Positions 17,316 to 25,900 of a stretch of DNA of 32,000 bases are shown in pieces (position 1 is the first letter of the stretch; every line of letters begins with the position of its first letter). Location: contig OY970071.1 in the NCBI GenBank assembly GCA_963705375.1, positions 900,001-932,000 on the forward strand, read 5' to 3'. The DNA is from Candidatus Saccharimonadota bacterium (GTDB lineage Archaea; Micrarchaeota; Micrarchaeia; Micrarchaeales; Micrarchaeaceae). The position numbers were made by a program, and so were the translations under genes. The notes beneath the pieces are model-generated. The model saw nothing but the letters and a program-made list of their open reading frames with translations, did no database searches and had not been told where the DNA came from.

Positions 17316-19589
17316 TCATAATTCCTTTACCTTACTAAGTACTTCATCGACATTATCATTAGTGACCAAGAAGAAGTGTAATTTTCCATTACCCAAGTGT
17401 TCCCATTCTTTTGCCACTTGCACTTTATAGGTAGTGTCTTCGTTAGTGACTAGATGCTCCCCTTTCCACTCTAATACCAAGATGTTACCCTTTTCTGTAA
17501 CCGCAACGAAATCCGGATAAAATTTATTTGGTTTCCAACCCTGCAAGTAAAATGGATCTTTCTTCTCTCTGTTTCTTATCCAAAATCGGATATTAGATAG
17601 TGTATCTAAATCAAGTCTATTTATAAAGGTGTTTTCTTCTTTATTTAATTTGTCAATCTTCTTGTAATAATTTTTATTAAATTCTTGTGGCAACTCCTCT
17701 TCCAGCATTATCTTATCAGAGAACTTTTCAAATGACTTTGTTTTGATTTTGCCTTCTTTCACATATTTATCGAAATTATTTTTGGCATGGTTTACTAGTA
17801 TCTTATTTATTGCACTGTCTAGTTTGTCAAGAAGTAGATAACGATTAACAGACAAATCCTGAAGAGTGTACCCTTTTATATTATTTAAGGCCTTCTCCAA
17901 GAATGCTACCCTATCCTCTTTGTCAAGCATCGTAAATCTTAACCGTTTATCTAGCCATTGTATCAACTCGCTCTTAGAACAATTTTTATCCCGGTAAGTT
18001 ATTTTTAGCACTTTTTGTGCTCCTCTTATCCATTTGTCTCCTTCTTTTATATCGATGATTGCTCTTCCATCGCTGTCATAATGTACTTTAAAATCAATTT
18101 TGGCATCTTGCTTCGCCAATTCAAAATTTTCGCCTATTAATTCCTCAAAAGATAGTTCTTCATCTTCGTAAGCCATCATTGGAGGAGCAAAGTCTTCACT
18201 AACTCTTCTTTCAACCTCAAATTGATATTGCTCTTGTCTATCTGCTGCATTAATTAGATCAAGTCTACTATAGCCGTTGCTTTCTAATCCTGATATAATC
18301 TCTGTAGCGGCCTCATTAAAATTCTTAGCTGAGGCGAATATATAGCTCCGATTTAGATCTTCATTTTCTTTTCTCGAAGCAGAAGGCAATCTCATAATTC
18401 GTCCTATAATTTGTTCAACAGCAATTCTAGAGCCGATATTCGCAACAGAGATTAGGATATAAGCATAGGAACAATCCCATCCTTCAGCCAAAGCATTAAC
18501 TGTAATAATATACCTTATTTTGCATTTATTACCAAACAAATCAATATTTTCTAGGTCATTCTGTTTTGAGGTTTTAATTGCTATTTCTTCCTCTTTGACC
18601 ATACCATTGCATTCTTTTAGAAGAAATTCCTTGATCTTACCTACTGTCACTTTCTTTTCGCTTTCCTTCTCTTGTTCTGCCTGTAATAATGTGATTGGCC
18701 TTATGCGTTCCCCCTTCTCTTTTTTTGTTAATTTCTCTAATTCCTCCCGTCTTAATACGCCTTGCTTAATTGCATTTTGCCATTGCGTATGACTTTCTAA
18801 TACTAAAGGCAGCTTTACCATGTTTTCTTCTTTCAATTCAGAAGAACATATTCTCATTAAAACATTACTCTCTGATCTAGGCGTAGCAGTATACTCTATT
18901 ACAAAACTTGGATTTAGGCCTTTCAAAAACTCAATTGATAACAAAGTTTTAGCTCTATGACCTTCATCTATAACGATCAAGGGGTTGCTAAATCTAATCA
19001 CATTAGCCAGAGATTTTATTACTCCGGACTCGTCTTTTTCTAATATATTAGAATCTTCTATATTCTCAAAATGACCTAATAATTCGCCATTTTCTTTATA
19101 AACTTTATATTTATTCTGTAAGGCCTTTTCTTTTCTAAATGCATCTAGACTGGAAACTATAAGGCAAAGATTATTTTCTACGTCATCTTTTTTTATCCTT
19201 AAAGCTTCCTCGTTTGAAAATATTTTTATATTATTATCAAAAGACTCATCGAGTACTTTTCTGTGCATGTCATTCCTATCTTTGAACTTTTTTAATGTTT
19301 GACTTTTAATTGCCTCAGAAGGAACAAACCACATCACTATTCCTTTCCCCATTTTTTCTTTTAGAAAGGAGTCCATAATCTGGCATATAGAATGGCAGCC
19401 GACTAAGGTTTTCCCACCACCTGTTGGTATTTTTATACAAATAGAAGGAACATCGTCGCCAAAGAAATCGCTTTTATACGGTTGATTTGTTATATACATA
19501 TAAGCATACGCTGGTTTTTGTTTTTCTAACTCTTTAAGGAACTCATTAATTTTATCTAAGGCCTTTTGTTGATAAATTTTGAGCTTCAT
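17316..19589 (-). CDS. res: Type III restriction enzyme, Res subunit (SF2 helicase plus C-terminal PD-ExK nuclease)
   Basis: 757 aa. Motif I is PTGGGKT, motif II is VIDEGHR and motif III is TATP. The C-terminal YPDFVAV...VLEWKG is a PD...ExK nuclease motif. Its ATG abuts the mod stop (TAAATG). Confidence 0.88.
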   Translation of the reverse strand: MKLKIYQQKALDKINEFLKELEKQKPAYAYMYITNQPYKSDFFGDDVPSICIKIPTGGGKTLVGCHSICQIMDSFLKEKMGKGIVMWFVPSEAIKSQTLKKFKDRNDMHRKVLDESFDNNIKIFSNEEALRIKKDDVENNLCLIVSSLDAFRKEKALQNKYKVYKENGELLGHFENIEDSNILEKDESGVIKSLANVIRFSNPLIVIDEGHRAKTLLSIEFLKGLNPSFVIEYTATPRSESNVLMRICSSELKEENMVKLPLVLESHTQWQNAIKQGVLRREELEKLTKKEKGERIRPITLLQAEQEKESEKKVTVGKIKEFLLKECNGMVKEEEIAIKTSKQNDLENIDLFGNKCKIRYIITVNALAEGWDCSYAYILISVANIGSRIAVEQIIGRIMRLPSASRKENEDLNRSYIFASAKNFNEAATEIISGLESNGYSRLDLINAADRQEQYQFEVERRVSEDFAPPMMAYEDEELSFEELIGENFELAKQDAKIDFKVHYDSDGRAIIDIKEGDKWIRGAQKVLKITYRDKNCSKSELIQWLDKRLRFTMLDKEDRVAFLEKALNNIKGYTLQDLSVNRYLLLDKLDSAINKILVNHAKNNFDKYVKEGKIKTKSFEKFSDKIMLEEELPQEFNKNYYKKIDKLNKEENTFINRLDLDTLSNIRFWIRNREKKDPFYLQGWKPNKFYPDFVAVTEKGNILVLEWKGEHLVTNEDTTYKVQVAKEWEHLGNGKLHFFLVTNDNVDEVLSKVKEL

Positions 19590-21146
19590 TTAATACACCT
19601 TTACCTCATAAGGAATCTGTTTGAATTGAATTTTATACTTCTCTAATGTCTTCTCGTCGATTAGACATTTATCAGCGTAAATTACCCTCTTTTTACTGTC
19701 TTTTTGAAGTTTCTTTAAGAATTCCTTATTCAGTACATTCTTACCTCTTTCTTTGAAGATAAGATAATATTCGGTTTCATTATATTCACCAATGAAATTT
19801 CCTGACATCGTTCCTTTATCAATATTAGTATTAGTCTCGGTAAAGTAAATGTATGTCGCCAACTGATCAAATGAGCATTCTTCATCAATTTGACCGTATT
19901 CATTGAATAGCGGTTTATCTAATTCACAATATTCAAAACCATCTTTATAATCGTATTTTTTAATAGCTCTTTTAATTCTCTCTGCAGTAATATCTTTTGC
20001 AATGCCATCTTCAAGCTCAACTAAAATAAATTTCCTATGCCCACCATCTGCTTTGTTTAAATCTAATACAGCATTTCCAGTTGTGCCTGAACCGGCAAAA
20101 GAATCCAAAACAAGGTCTTCTTTATTTGAAGTGAGTTTAATTATTCTTTTTAATAATTCAACGGGTTTGGGTGTTGGGAAAGGATTAGCTTCCTCTGGAA
20201 ATAATACTTTTATTTCTCTTTTTGCATCTTGTGTGTGCCCAACCTCTTTATATTCCCAAAGAGTTAAAGGTGTAATTCCAGGACTTACTTCACTCAAAAA
20301 GAGTTTTGGACCCCACATGCTTGCTCCTTCCTTTCCAAACCATATTCGGTTATCTTTCTTCAGTTCCTCAAAACGTTTTTCACTATACAACCAACTTCTT
20401 CCTTTTGGTGGAAGTAATTTTCTTCCACTAGGAGTAACTATCTCATAAATATTTTTTTCGATTGCCGGACCTACAGAAGGATTGCCTAACTTCCATAGAC
20501 CGCGAGGATCGTTATCAGGATTTTTATAGTCTTTTAGCTGTTTTTCTGTCCTCTCAAGTTTATTTATTGAAAATGAATCTAAGTTCTTCGTATATGCTAC
20601 AATATAATCGTGATTCTGGGAAAAATATTTATTCAAACTTACAGGTGCATAAGCTCTTTGCCAGATTATAGTCGCTAGGAAATTCTTTTCTCCAAATATT
20701 TCATCCATGATTAAACGTAAATTATGCACTTCATTATCATCTATTGACACTAGAATCGCTCCGTCTTCTTTTAAAAGTTGGTACAGCAGTTTCAATCGTG
20801 GATACATCATGCACAGCCATTTGTCATGCCTACATAAATCTTCAGATTCATTTCCTACCACTTTTCCTAGCCATTTTTTAATTTTAGGTGAATTTACTTT
20901 ATCATTATAAACCCACCCATCATTTCCAGTGTTATATGGAGGATCTATATAGATGCATTTTACTTTTCCTTGATAATACGGCATCAGTGCTTTTAGTCCC
21001 TCTAAATTATCTCCATGAATAATTAGGTTCTGAGAATTTTCATCAACAGAAAGCGATTTTACTTTTTTTAACAGTCTAAAAGGAACCTCTTTGTCATGAT
21101 TTACAACGGCGTCTTTACCAATCCAGTCTAAAATAGGCATAAACAT
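19590..21146 (-). CDS. mod: Type III restriction-modification DNA methyltransferase, Mod subunit (beta-class N6A/N4C MTase)
   Basis: Motif IV IDPPYN lies near the N-terminus and motif I DSFAGSGTT about 280 aa later, the beta-class order. The N-terminal PILDWIGKD is typical. The start is ambiguous among 21152 TTG, 21149 GTG, and 21146 or 21140 ATG. Confidence 0.88.
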   Translation of the reverse strand: MFMPILDWIGKDAVVNHDKEVPFRLLKKVKSLSVDENSQNLIIHGDNLEGLKALMPYYQGKVKCIYIDPPYNTGNDGWVYNDKVNSPKIKKWLGKVVGNESEDLCRHDKWLCMMYPRLKLLYQLLKEDGAILVSIDDNEVHNLRLIMDEIFGEKNFLATIIWQRAYAPVSLNKYFSQNHDYIVAYTKNLDSFSINKLERTEKQLKDYKNPDNDPRGLWKLGNPSVGPAIEKNIYEIVTPSGRKLLPPKGRSWLYSEKRFEELKKDNRIWFGKEGASMWGPKLFLSEVSPGITPLTLWEYKEVGHTQDAKREIKVLFPEEANPFPTPKPVELLKRIIKLTSNKEDLVLDSFAGSGTTGNAVLDLNKADGGHRKFILVELEDGIAKDITAERIKRAIKKYDYKDGFEYCELDKPLFNEYGQIDEECSFDQLATYIYFTETNTNIDKGTMSGNFIGEYNETEYYLIFKERGKNVLNKEFLKKLQKDSKKRVIYADKCLIDEKTLEKYKIQFKQIPYEVKVY

Positions 21147-21162
21147 CACCAATTATATATTC

Positions 21163-22128
21163 TTATTCAAGTTGCCTTATGTATTTCGTTAAAACTTTTG
21201 AGAATATGCTCATTTTTTCAATTCCCCACTTTATAAGTTCTTCTTTTTCCGTTTCGCTAAGTTTTGTTATAGGACCACTTGTTTGTTTAGAAATCTCAAT
21301 ACGTGAGGCGCGTGCATCCGGTAGTTCCTGAAAATCTAGTCCAAATCCAAGTTCTTTTTCAATCACGTCATGCATTTGTTCCAGTTCTTTAAGGATTCTT
21401 TTATTTTCTTCTCTATCATGTACATCAATATAGAGTTCAATTGCAAAATGCCACCCATTAGCCATCCTAAATAGCCAAGAATAAGAGAATCCAGATTTTC
21501 CTGCACCGAATGAAAGCCAGTGTTGAGGCGACGCCTTTACCTTATTCCAAGAAGGATTCTGCTGCTTGTATTTATCAGCTAACTGTGTGAAGAATTCTAA
21601 TCTGACTTTCTGGAGTCTTTGCTCAGCCTCACTTAGCACTTCTTTAGATACCTCTTTCTGATACTCATTCGGTTTTACAACAACTACTAATTCAGGGGCG
21701 GGCAACGAATCCCCGATCTTCTTGACTTCTATTTTTATTCCAAACAGACTCGGCCCATCTTGCTTTATATTGTTATTGAGGTAATCTAGCGTCGCGATAT
21801 GTTCTTCTCTAAAGGTTTCTGCAATCCATATCCCTATTTTTGCCCCCTTACCTGACAGATAAGTTAAGAGTTTTCCTAAATGATCATGGTTTGTCTCACC
21901 ATATTGATTTTCTATAACAACCATGTCGTCCGTGCCTGCAATCTTCCCTACAAGATCTGCCGAATAATTTCCGACGTTAACTTCATTGCTTACATCTTCT
22001 ATATCTTCCCCGATTAATGCAGATATTTTAGAGATATTCTCTTTTACCCACGGAGTAAAATCTCTTTCTTCATTTGGCCAAACAGACTTTATGTCAATAT
22101 GTTCAATTTTTCCTAACTCCTTTGCCAT
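21163..22128 (-). CDS. PD-(D/E)XK-like nuclease N-domain fused to a DUF4268-like C-domain (by recollection of the family)
   Basis: The N-terminal ...YSADLVGKIAGTDDMVVIENQYGETNHDHLGKLLTYLSG is the signature I associate with DUF4268-family proteins found in R-M loci. The ATG at 22128 is preferred over the TTG at 22161. It lies immediately upstream of mod-res on the same strand. Confidence 0.6.
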   Translation of the reverse strand: MAKELGKIEHIDIKSVWPNEERDFTPWVKENISKISALIGEDIEDVSNEVNVGNYSADLVGKIAGTDDMVVIENQYGETNHDHLGKLLTYLSGKGAKIGIWIAETFREEHIATLDYLNNNIKQDGPSLFGIKIEVKKIGDSLPAPELVVVVKPNEYQKEVSKEVLSEAEQRLQKVRLEFFTQLADKYKQQNPSWNKVKASPQHWLSFGAGKSGFSYSWLFRMANGWHFAIELYIDVHDREENKRILKELEQMHDVIEKELGFGLDFQELPDARASRIEISKQTSGPITKLSETEKEELIKWGIEKMSIFSKVLTKYIRQLE

Positions 22129-22278
22129 ATACTTCCCCTTTCCTACAGTATCCACTAACAATAATTGAACATTAACTCTTTATAACTTCACCCAGAAATA
22201 GTCGGCCATTTGTATAGCGTTGCCATAGCGCATTTTGTGTACTTCTTTTATGCAAGTATAACTTATTATACCTTTATA

Positions 22279-23457
22279 TCAGCCTAACTGACTAATTTTT
22301 GATTTTACCTTAGGATATATTCTAATCCTTTTACCTTCTCTTATATTTCGTTGTATGTACCAAACTGTGTTGCGTGCGAGGCCAAGTCTTTTCCTCTTTT
22401 CAGGGGTCATATTTAGTATCATATCTCGTAGTGATTCAGTATCCTGCCTCTTTAGCTTTACAAGCGGTATGTCGAACTCCACGTCAGCGCCAGTCAATAT
22501 GCTCTTCGCGAAACTGGCTATATTTTCATATAATATGTTGCGGTAGCTATAATTCTTGCCTCTGAAGTTTGCGGTTGAATTGAAGTTAGTTTTCACCTTC
22601 TCGATCAGCATTCTGACCCCGGACTCCCTTACTCTGATATTGTAGTTTTCAGTTACCAAAAAGTCTGTTTTATTGATCTTTCTTTCTTCTAGAAGCTGAA
22701 TGACACTTAGATCTATGAGCCATCTGAAGGTTTCCTGCAAATCGTAAACCAAACTAGACCGGCTTGCCTTTAGCTCATGCACGAAGCTGATAGAGTTGTC
22801 AAGGCCCAAGGCACCAATGTCCCTCCGAAGCTCGGACTCCAATAGAGAATAACCAAGGTTGAGAAGTGCATTGCACTCGGAACTTGCGTTCATATTCCAT
22901 GATTGGCGTCTGCTATTCCTTCCGGCAAAGTTGAATTCTGGATAGAGCTTATCAAAAATCAGCTTTAAGTTAGCCCAATAAGCTATGGCCTCGTTCCCTT
23001 CCGCCGTGAGTAGTGAACCATAGTTGTTCAAATGCCCTAAATCCAACTTGTCAGCCCTTATCTCAGGATAATAATTAGACAGTTCATTAAGCAGGTTTCT
23101 GGACTGCCTTACCTTTTCCTTAATGATGCTCATCCCTATAGTGGCTCGCCTTTTACTGTCAGTATAAGCCTCATACTGTTTAAGCCTCAGCTTGCCCGAA
23201 ACAGGCTCATTGGGCAATGTTACGCTTAGAAGGTTGCCATTCCAGTTCAGTAATGTTAAGGCAATATCGTGCTTCATAAGCCACCTCATCGCCTCAAAAG
23301 TTATGCTTCCGGTATAACTGTCCAATACTATACCGTCATAAAGGATCTGATGGGGATTGAACTCTAGCCTGGTATTTTCCAGCTTATTGACAATAACGAG
23401 CTTTCGCTTATCTACGCTTATGAAGTTACCGAATCCGCTAATCAATAATGGGTTCAT
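22279..23457 (-). CDS. cas1: Cas1 family integrase (casposase) with C-terminal HTH
   Basis: Cas1 signatures are present: AEGNEAIAYW (Glu), NALLNLGYSLLE, and FVHELKASRSSLVYDLQETFRW (His, with Asp at +12 and Glu at +15). The basic C-terminal HTH is RKRLGLARNTVWYIQRNI. The ATG at 23457 is preceded by aGGTGA; the track start at 23487 would lie inside the putative TATA box. Confidence 0.9.
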   Translation of the reverse strand: MNPLLISGFGNFISVDKRKLVIVNKLENTRLEFNPHQILYDGIVLDSYTGSITFEAMRWLMKHDIALTLLNWNGNLLSVTLPNEPVSGKLRLKQYEAYTDSKRRATIGMSIIKEKVRQSRNLLNELSNYYPEIRADKLDLGHLNNYGSLLTAEGNEAIAYWANLKLIFDKLYPEFNFAGRNSRRQSWNMNASSECNALLNLGYSLLESELRRDIGALGLDNSISFVHELKASRSSLVYDLQETFRWLIDLSVIQLLEERKINKTDFLVTENYNIRVRESGVRMLIEKVKTNFNSTANFRGKNYSYRNILYENIASFAKSILTGADVEFDIPLVKLKRQDTESLRDMILNMTPEKRKRLGLARNTVWYIQRNIREGKRIRIYPKVKSKISQLG

Positions 23458-23488
23458 GTTTTTCACCTGGTAGAATATCGACGTCAAA

Positions 23489-23500
23489 GTATATAAAAAG
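23489..23500 (-). promoter_or_regulatory. Candidate TATA box for cas1
   Basis: The minus strand reads ctttttatatac, 32-43 nt upstream of the cas1 ATG at 23457 and just inside the right TIR. Confidence 0.35.
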
Positions 23501-23528
23501 GTCCAAACAACGAGGATAGTCTAGTTTA

Positions 23529-23604
23529 CCCTCGTCCTGTCTAGCCGATTGAAATCGATCGGTTAATCAGGCAAAATCGATTGAAATGGAGGCTTTAATA
23601 TATA
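23529..23604. repeat. Right terminal inverted repeat (~76 bp, or 81 bp if CCCCC 23605-23609 is included) with two subterminal units
   Basis: The reverse complement reads TATATATTAAAgcCTCCATTTCAATCGATTTTGCC...GATTTCAATCgGCTAGACAGGACGAGGG, matching the left TIR. It is one ~32-bp unit shorter than the left TIR. Confidence 0.88.
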
Positions 23605-23622
23605 CCCCCGCATATGTTTGCT
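23605..23622. repeat. Right copy of the 18-bp direct repeat (TSD / attR)
   Basis: cccccgcatatgtttgct is identical to 8728-8745. Confidence 0.9.
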
Positions 23623-23641
23623 ACTGATAACAAGTGATCTC

Positions 23642-24427
23642 GTGGCTGTTGCTGGGAGCAACTATCTGCTGATATTCGACGTCGACGGTGTCCTCAGAGA
23701 CTCTTCCATCGCGTTGGACGAAAGCAATAGGCGGGTTTTTGCGGCGTTAAACAAAGAATACTGCTTTCGTGTAGAAGATACCTGGCACATGCGCGGTTTA
23801 GGTAGGTACAACAGATCGGTCCAATGCCTTAAGGCCCTTCTGGCTCTAACCAAATCAAAACAAGATCTAGGACAGATACTTGCTCACAGAGACGCAGAAA
23901 AACGTCTTGACGAAATCTGTGAAGAGCAGCTCACAGACCAGGATCTCAAGGACTTGGAAAGGACTCATTGGATATACCACAAATTTTTTGATTCCGTCGA
24001 AGCAAAACCTTTGATAAAGACATATCCTTATGTAAAGGACGTTCTTGATTTGCTCAAGAAAAACGGCTGTACTCTATCCATATTCTCCAACTCCAGCAAG
24101 GCTGCAATGGATAGGGATCTGCCTGGGATTGGATTGGAAAAGTTCTCCCTTATGCTCTCAGGTGAAGATGTAAAAAACCAAAAACCGTCAGGGGAAGGCA
24201 TAACGAAGATAATGGAACAGCTAAACTACAATCCCTCAAAAACTTACTACGTTGGCGATGCAGTGATCGATGTGCTTGCTGCAAGAGATGCCGGATGCAA
24301 AGCGATTTCAGTATTATCTGGGATGGGCTTGCGAATGCATCTTGAGGCCGCAAAACCCGATCTCATCTTCGATGACTTGAAGGCCGTAAGTGACTATTTC
24401 ACTATTGAGGATACAGCACGCGAATAG
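23642..24427 (+). CDS. HAD-superfamily hydrolase (phosphoglycolate phosphatase-like, subfamily IA)
   Basis: Motif I is LLIFDVDGVL, motif II is SIFSNSS, and a KPSGEG lysine region and motif IV YVGDAVIDVLAARDAG are present. The GTG at 23642, preceded by agtgat, is preferred over the track's TTG at 23618, which lies inside the TSD. Confidence 0.8.
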   Translation: MAVAGSNYLLIFDVDGVLRDSSIALDESNRRVFAALNKEYCFRVEDTWHMRGLGRYNRSVQCLKALLALTKSKQDLGQILAHRDAEKRLDEICEEQLTDQDLKDLERTHWIYHKFFDSVEAKPLIKTYPYVKDVLDLLKKNGCTLSIFSNSSKAAMDRDLPGIGLEKFSLMLSGEDVKNQKPSGEGITKIMEQLNYNPSKTYYVGDAVIDVLAARDAGCKAISVLSGMGLRMHLEAAKPDLIFDDLKAVSDYFTIEDTARE

Positions 24428-24504
24428 ATGCTCGTATTGTTAAAATCTCATCCCAGCATCATAGTATTGCCTTGCTCTGAGGGCTCTTTCTACACTTCGT
24501 TTTG

Positions 24505-25293
24505 ATGGTCAGAATACGCTACACACTTTTTATACTGTCCTGCTCATATCTAACCGACGTTATGATGAGACAAAAAACACCTCTGATGAATCGCGTCATG
24601 TTTGGCATTATCTCATTTCTTTTTATCTCCGGGTTCTTGGAGATGGTGTATCATTATACAAGCTTCCGCGGTGCCTTGCCCTATGCCATCTGGATAACCC
24701 TTTTCGGTTTGGCCATAGTGGGGTTCGCCTTGACAACAGCAAATGGCGATATAAAACTGAGGCTCCATAAGATCTGGACGCCTATAGGCTTTTTGCTAAT
24801 TGCCTGTGCCGTGCTCTCTGTCATTTTCGTAGACATGCCTCGTTCCAATGGGCTTGTTGATGCTGTCTTAAACAATAGCACCGAGGCGATACCCTATGTT
24901 ATAGGGTTCGGACTTTCCTTGGCGTTTGTAGACACAGAGGTCTTTTACAAATACGCCTATTATTTTGGAGTTCTTACTCTCCTCAACATCTTGCTTATTC
25001 CAGTTTATGCGGTAGCGTACATACCAAATCTCATCTCCGGCGCTCATGTAGATTTCGAAGTCTCGATCGATGTTCTCTGGTTCCTCAGCGGGCCGATTTT
25101 TGCTTATTATATAGCCAAGAAGCTCAAAGCAGACCGACCGACCCGTAGGGAGATCTACCTTGCGATCGGAAAATTCGTTGCAGCCACCATCCTCTTGATA
25201 ATTGTTGGCTTTATAGTGGGCAAGATGCTACCTGCAAATAGCTGGCCTTCTCACTGGCTTTCTACAATGAACCAGTTCCATCCGCAATCATAA
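24505..25293 (+). CDS. Integral membrane protein (multi-pass), function unknown
   Basis: ~262 aa with several long hydrophobic segments. The ATG at 24505 directly follows the track's TTG at 24502. Confidence 0.6.
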   Translation: MVRIRYTLFILSCSYLTDVMMRQKTPLMNRVMFGIISFLFISGFLEMVYHYTSFRGALPYAIWITLFGLAIVGFALTTANGDIKLRLHKIWTPIGFLLIACAVLSVIFVDMPRSNGLVDAVLNNSTEAIPYVIGFGLSLAFVDTEVFYKYAYYFGVLTLLNILLIPVYAVAYIPNLISGAHVDFEVSIDVLWFLSGPIFAYYIAKKLKADRPTRREIYLAIGKFVAATILLIIVGFIVGKMLPANSWPSHWLSTMNQFHPQS

Positions 25294-25354
25294 AGACTAC
25301 TACAAGCAATTCTCTATCTCTTCGATACTGCTTTTTGCATCATTATTTCTGACT

Positions 25355-25864
25355 TCAATGTCTGCGGAACAAGCTTTCACAATGATGCCTTGAGTCATTG
25401 TGCAATAATTTTTCTAGCCGCTCGTCCGTATCTCTATTGGTGGTTACTTTTTCACGGGCTGCATGCGCATTTCCTCCTAACCTAACGCCTTTAGCAATAC
25501 ATGCGCTGGTAACTTTTGCCTCTTCACATATGATGGCTCCCTCTTCAATGTCTCCGTCGATGATAAGTGCCTTATCACGAATTCGTGCATATGATTCTAC
25601 CATTGTGCTTCCCAGAATCTGTGCTTTGTCCGTTACAAGGGCGCTTACGTCTATGTATGCTATTGTAGATACGGCCGCAGTTGATTCTACGAATCCGCCT
25701 ATTGTTTCATCAGGGTTTATGTGCCTTACAAATTCCCTATCTCCTAGCTTTGCACGTAGAGTACTTCCATCAAGCCCTTGCAATTCCTCAACAGAATCTA
25801 CAAATATCGGGGTGTCTTTCTTCGATGAGTCCATGTCTTTTGCCTGGATTGATTTTTCTTTCAT
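25355..25864 (-). CDS. Hypothetical protein (169 aa), possibly beta-helix/hexapeptide-repeat-like
   Basis: The central region shows a loosely periodic pattern of aliphatic and small residues (ILGSTMVESYARIRDKALIIDGDIEEGAIICEEAKVTSACIAKGVRLGGNAHA). The overlapping plus-strand ORF is Ser-rich and of low complexity, so it is judged a shadow ORF. Confidence 0.5.
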   Translation of the reverse strand: MKEKSIQAKDMDSSKKDTPIFVDSVEELQGLDGSTLRAKLGDREFVRHINPDETIGGFVESTAAVSTIAYIDVSALVTDKAQILGSTMVESYARIRDKALIIDGDIEEGAIICEEAKVTSACIAKGVRLGGNAHAAREKVTTNRDTDERLEKLLHNDSRHHCESLFRRH

Positions 25865-25900
25865 GCTATCCCTTTAGGGTTTCTTAAAATTTCCAGATAT

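Larger units (their letters stand above)
8746..23604. mobile_element. Casposon (Cas1-encoding self-synthesizing transposon), ~14.9 kb, inserted at the 3' end of tRNA-Leu
   Basis: Bounded by the 18-bp direct repeat and by imperfect TIRs (8746-8856 and 23529-23604). It encodes a Cas1 casposase, a divergent family-B polymerase, an HNH nuclease and HTH/RHH proteins. It is AT-richer than the flanks by manual spot counts. Confidence 0.9.

Noticed and set aside
22279-23487. Cas1 gene as evidence of a CRISPR-Cas adaptation module
   Set aside because: No cas2, cas4 or effector genes and no regularly spaced repeat array occur anywhere in the 32 kb. The gene lies inside a TIR/TSD-bounded element together with a PolB, which points to a casposase.
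25398-25877. 159-aa plus-strand ORF, and 25681..25887
   Set aside because: Both are Ser/Pro-rich, low-complexity translations fully antisense to the more protein-like 169-aa minus-strand ORF. They are typical shadow ORFs.
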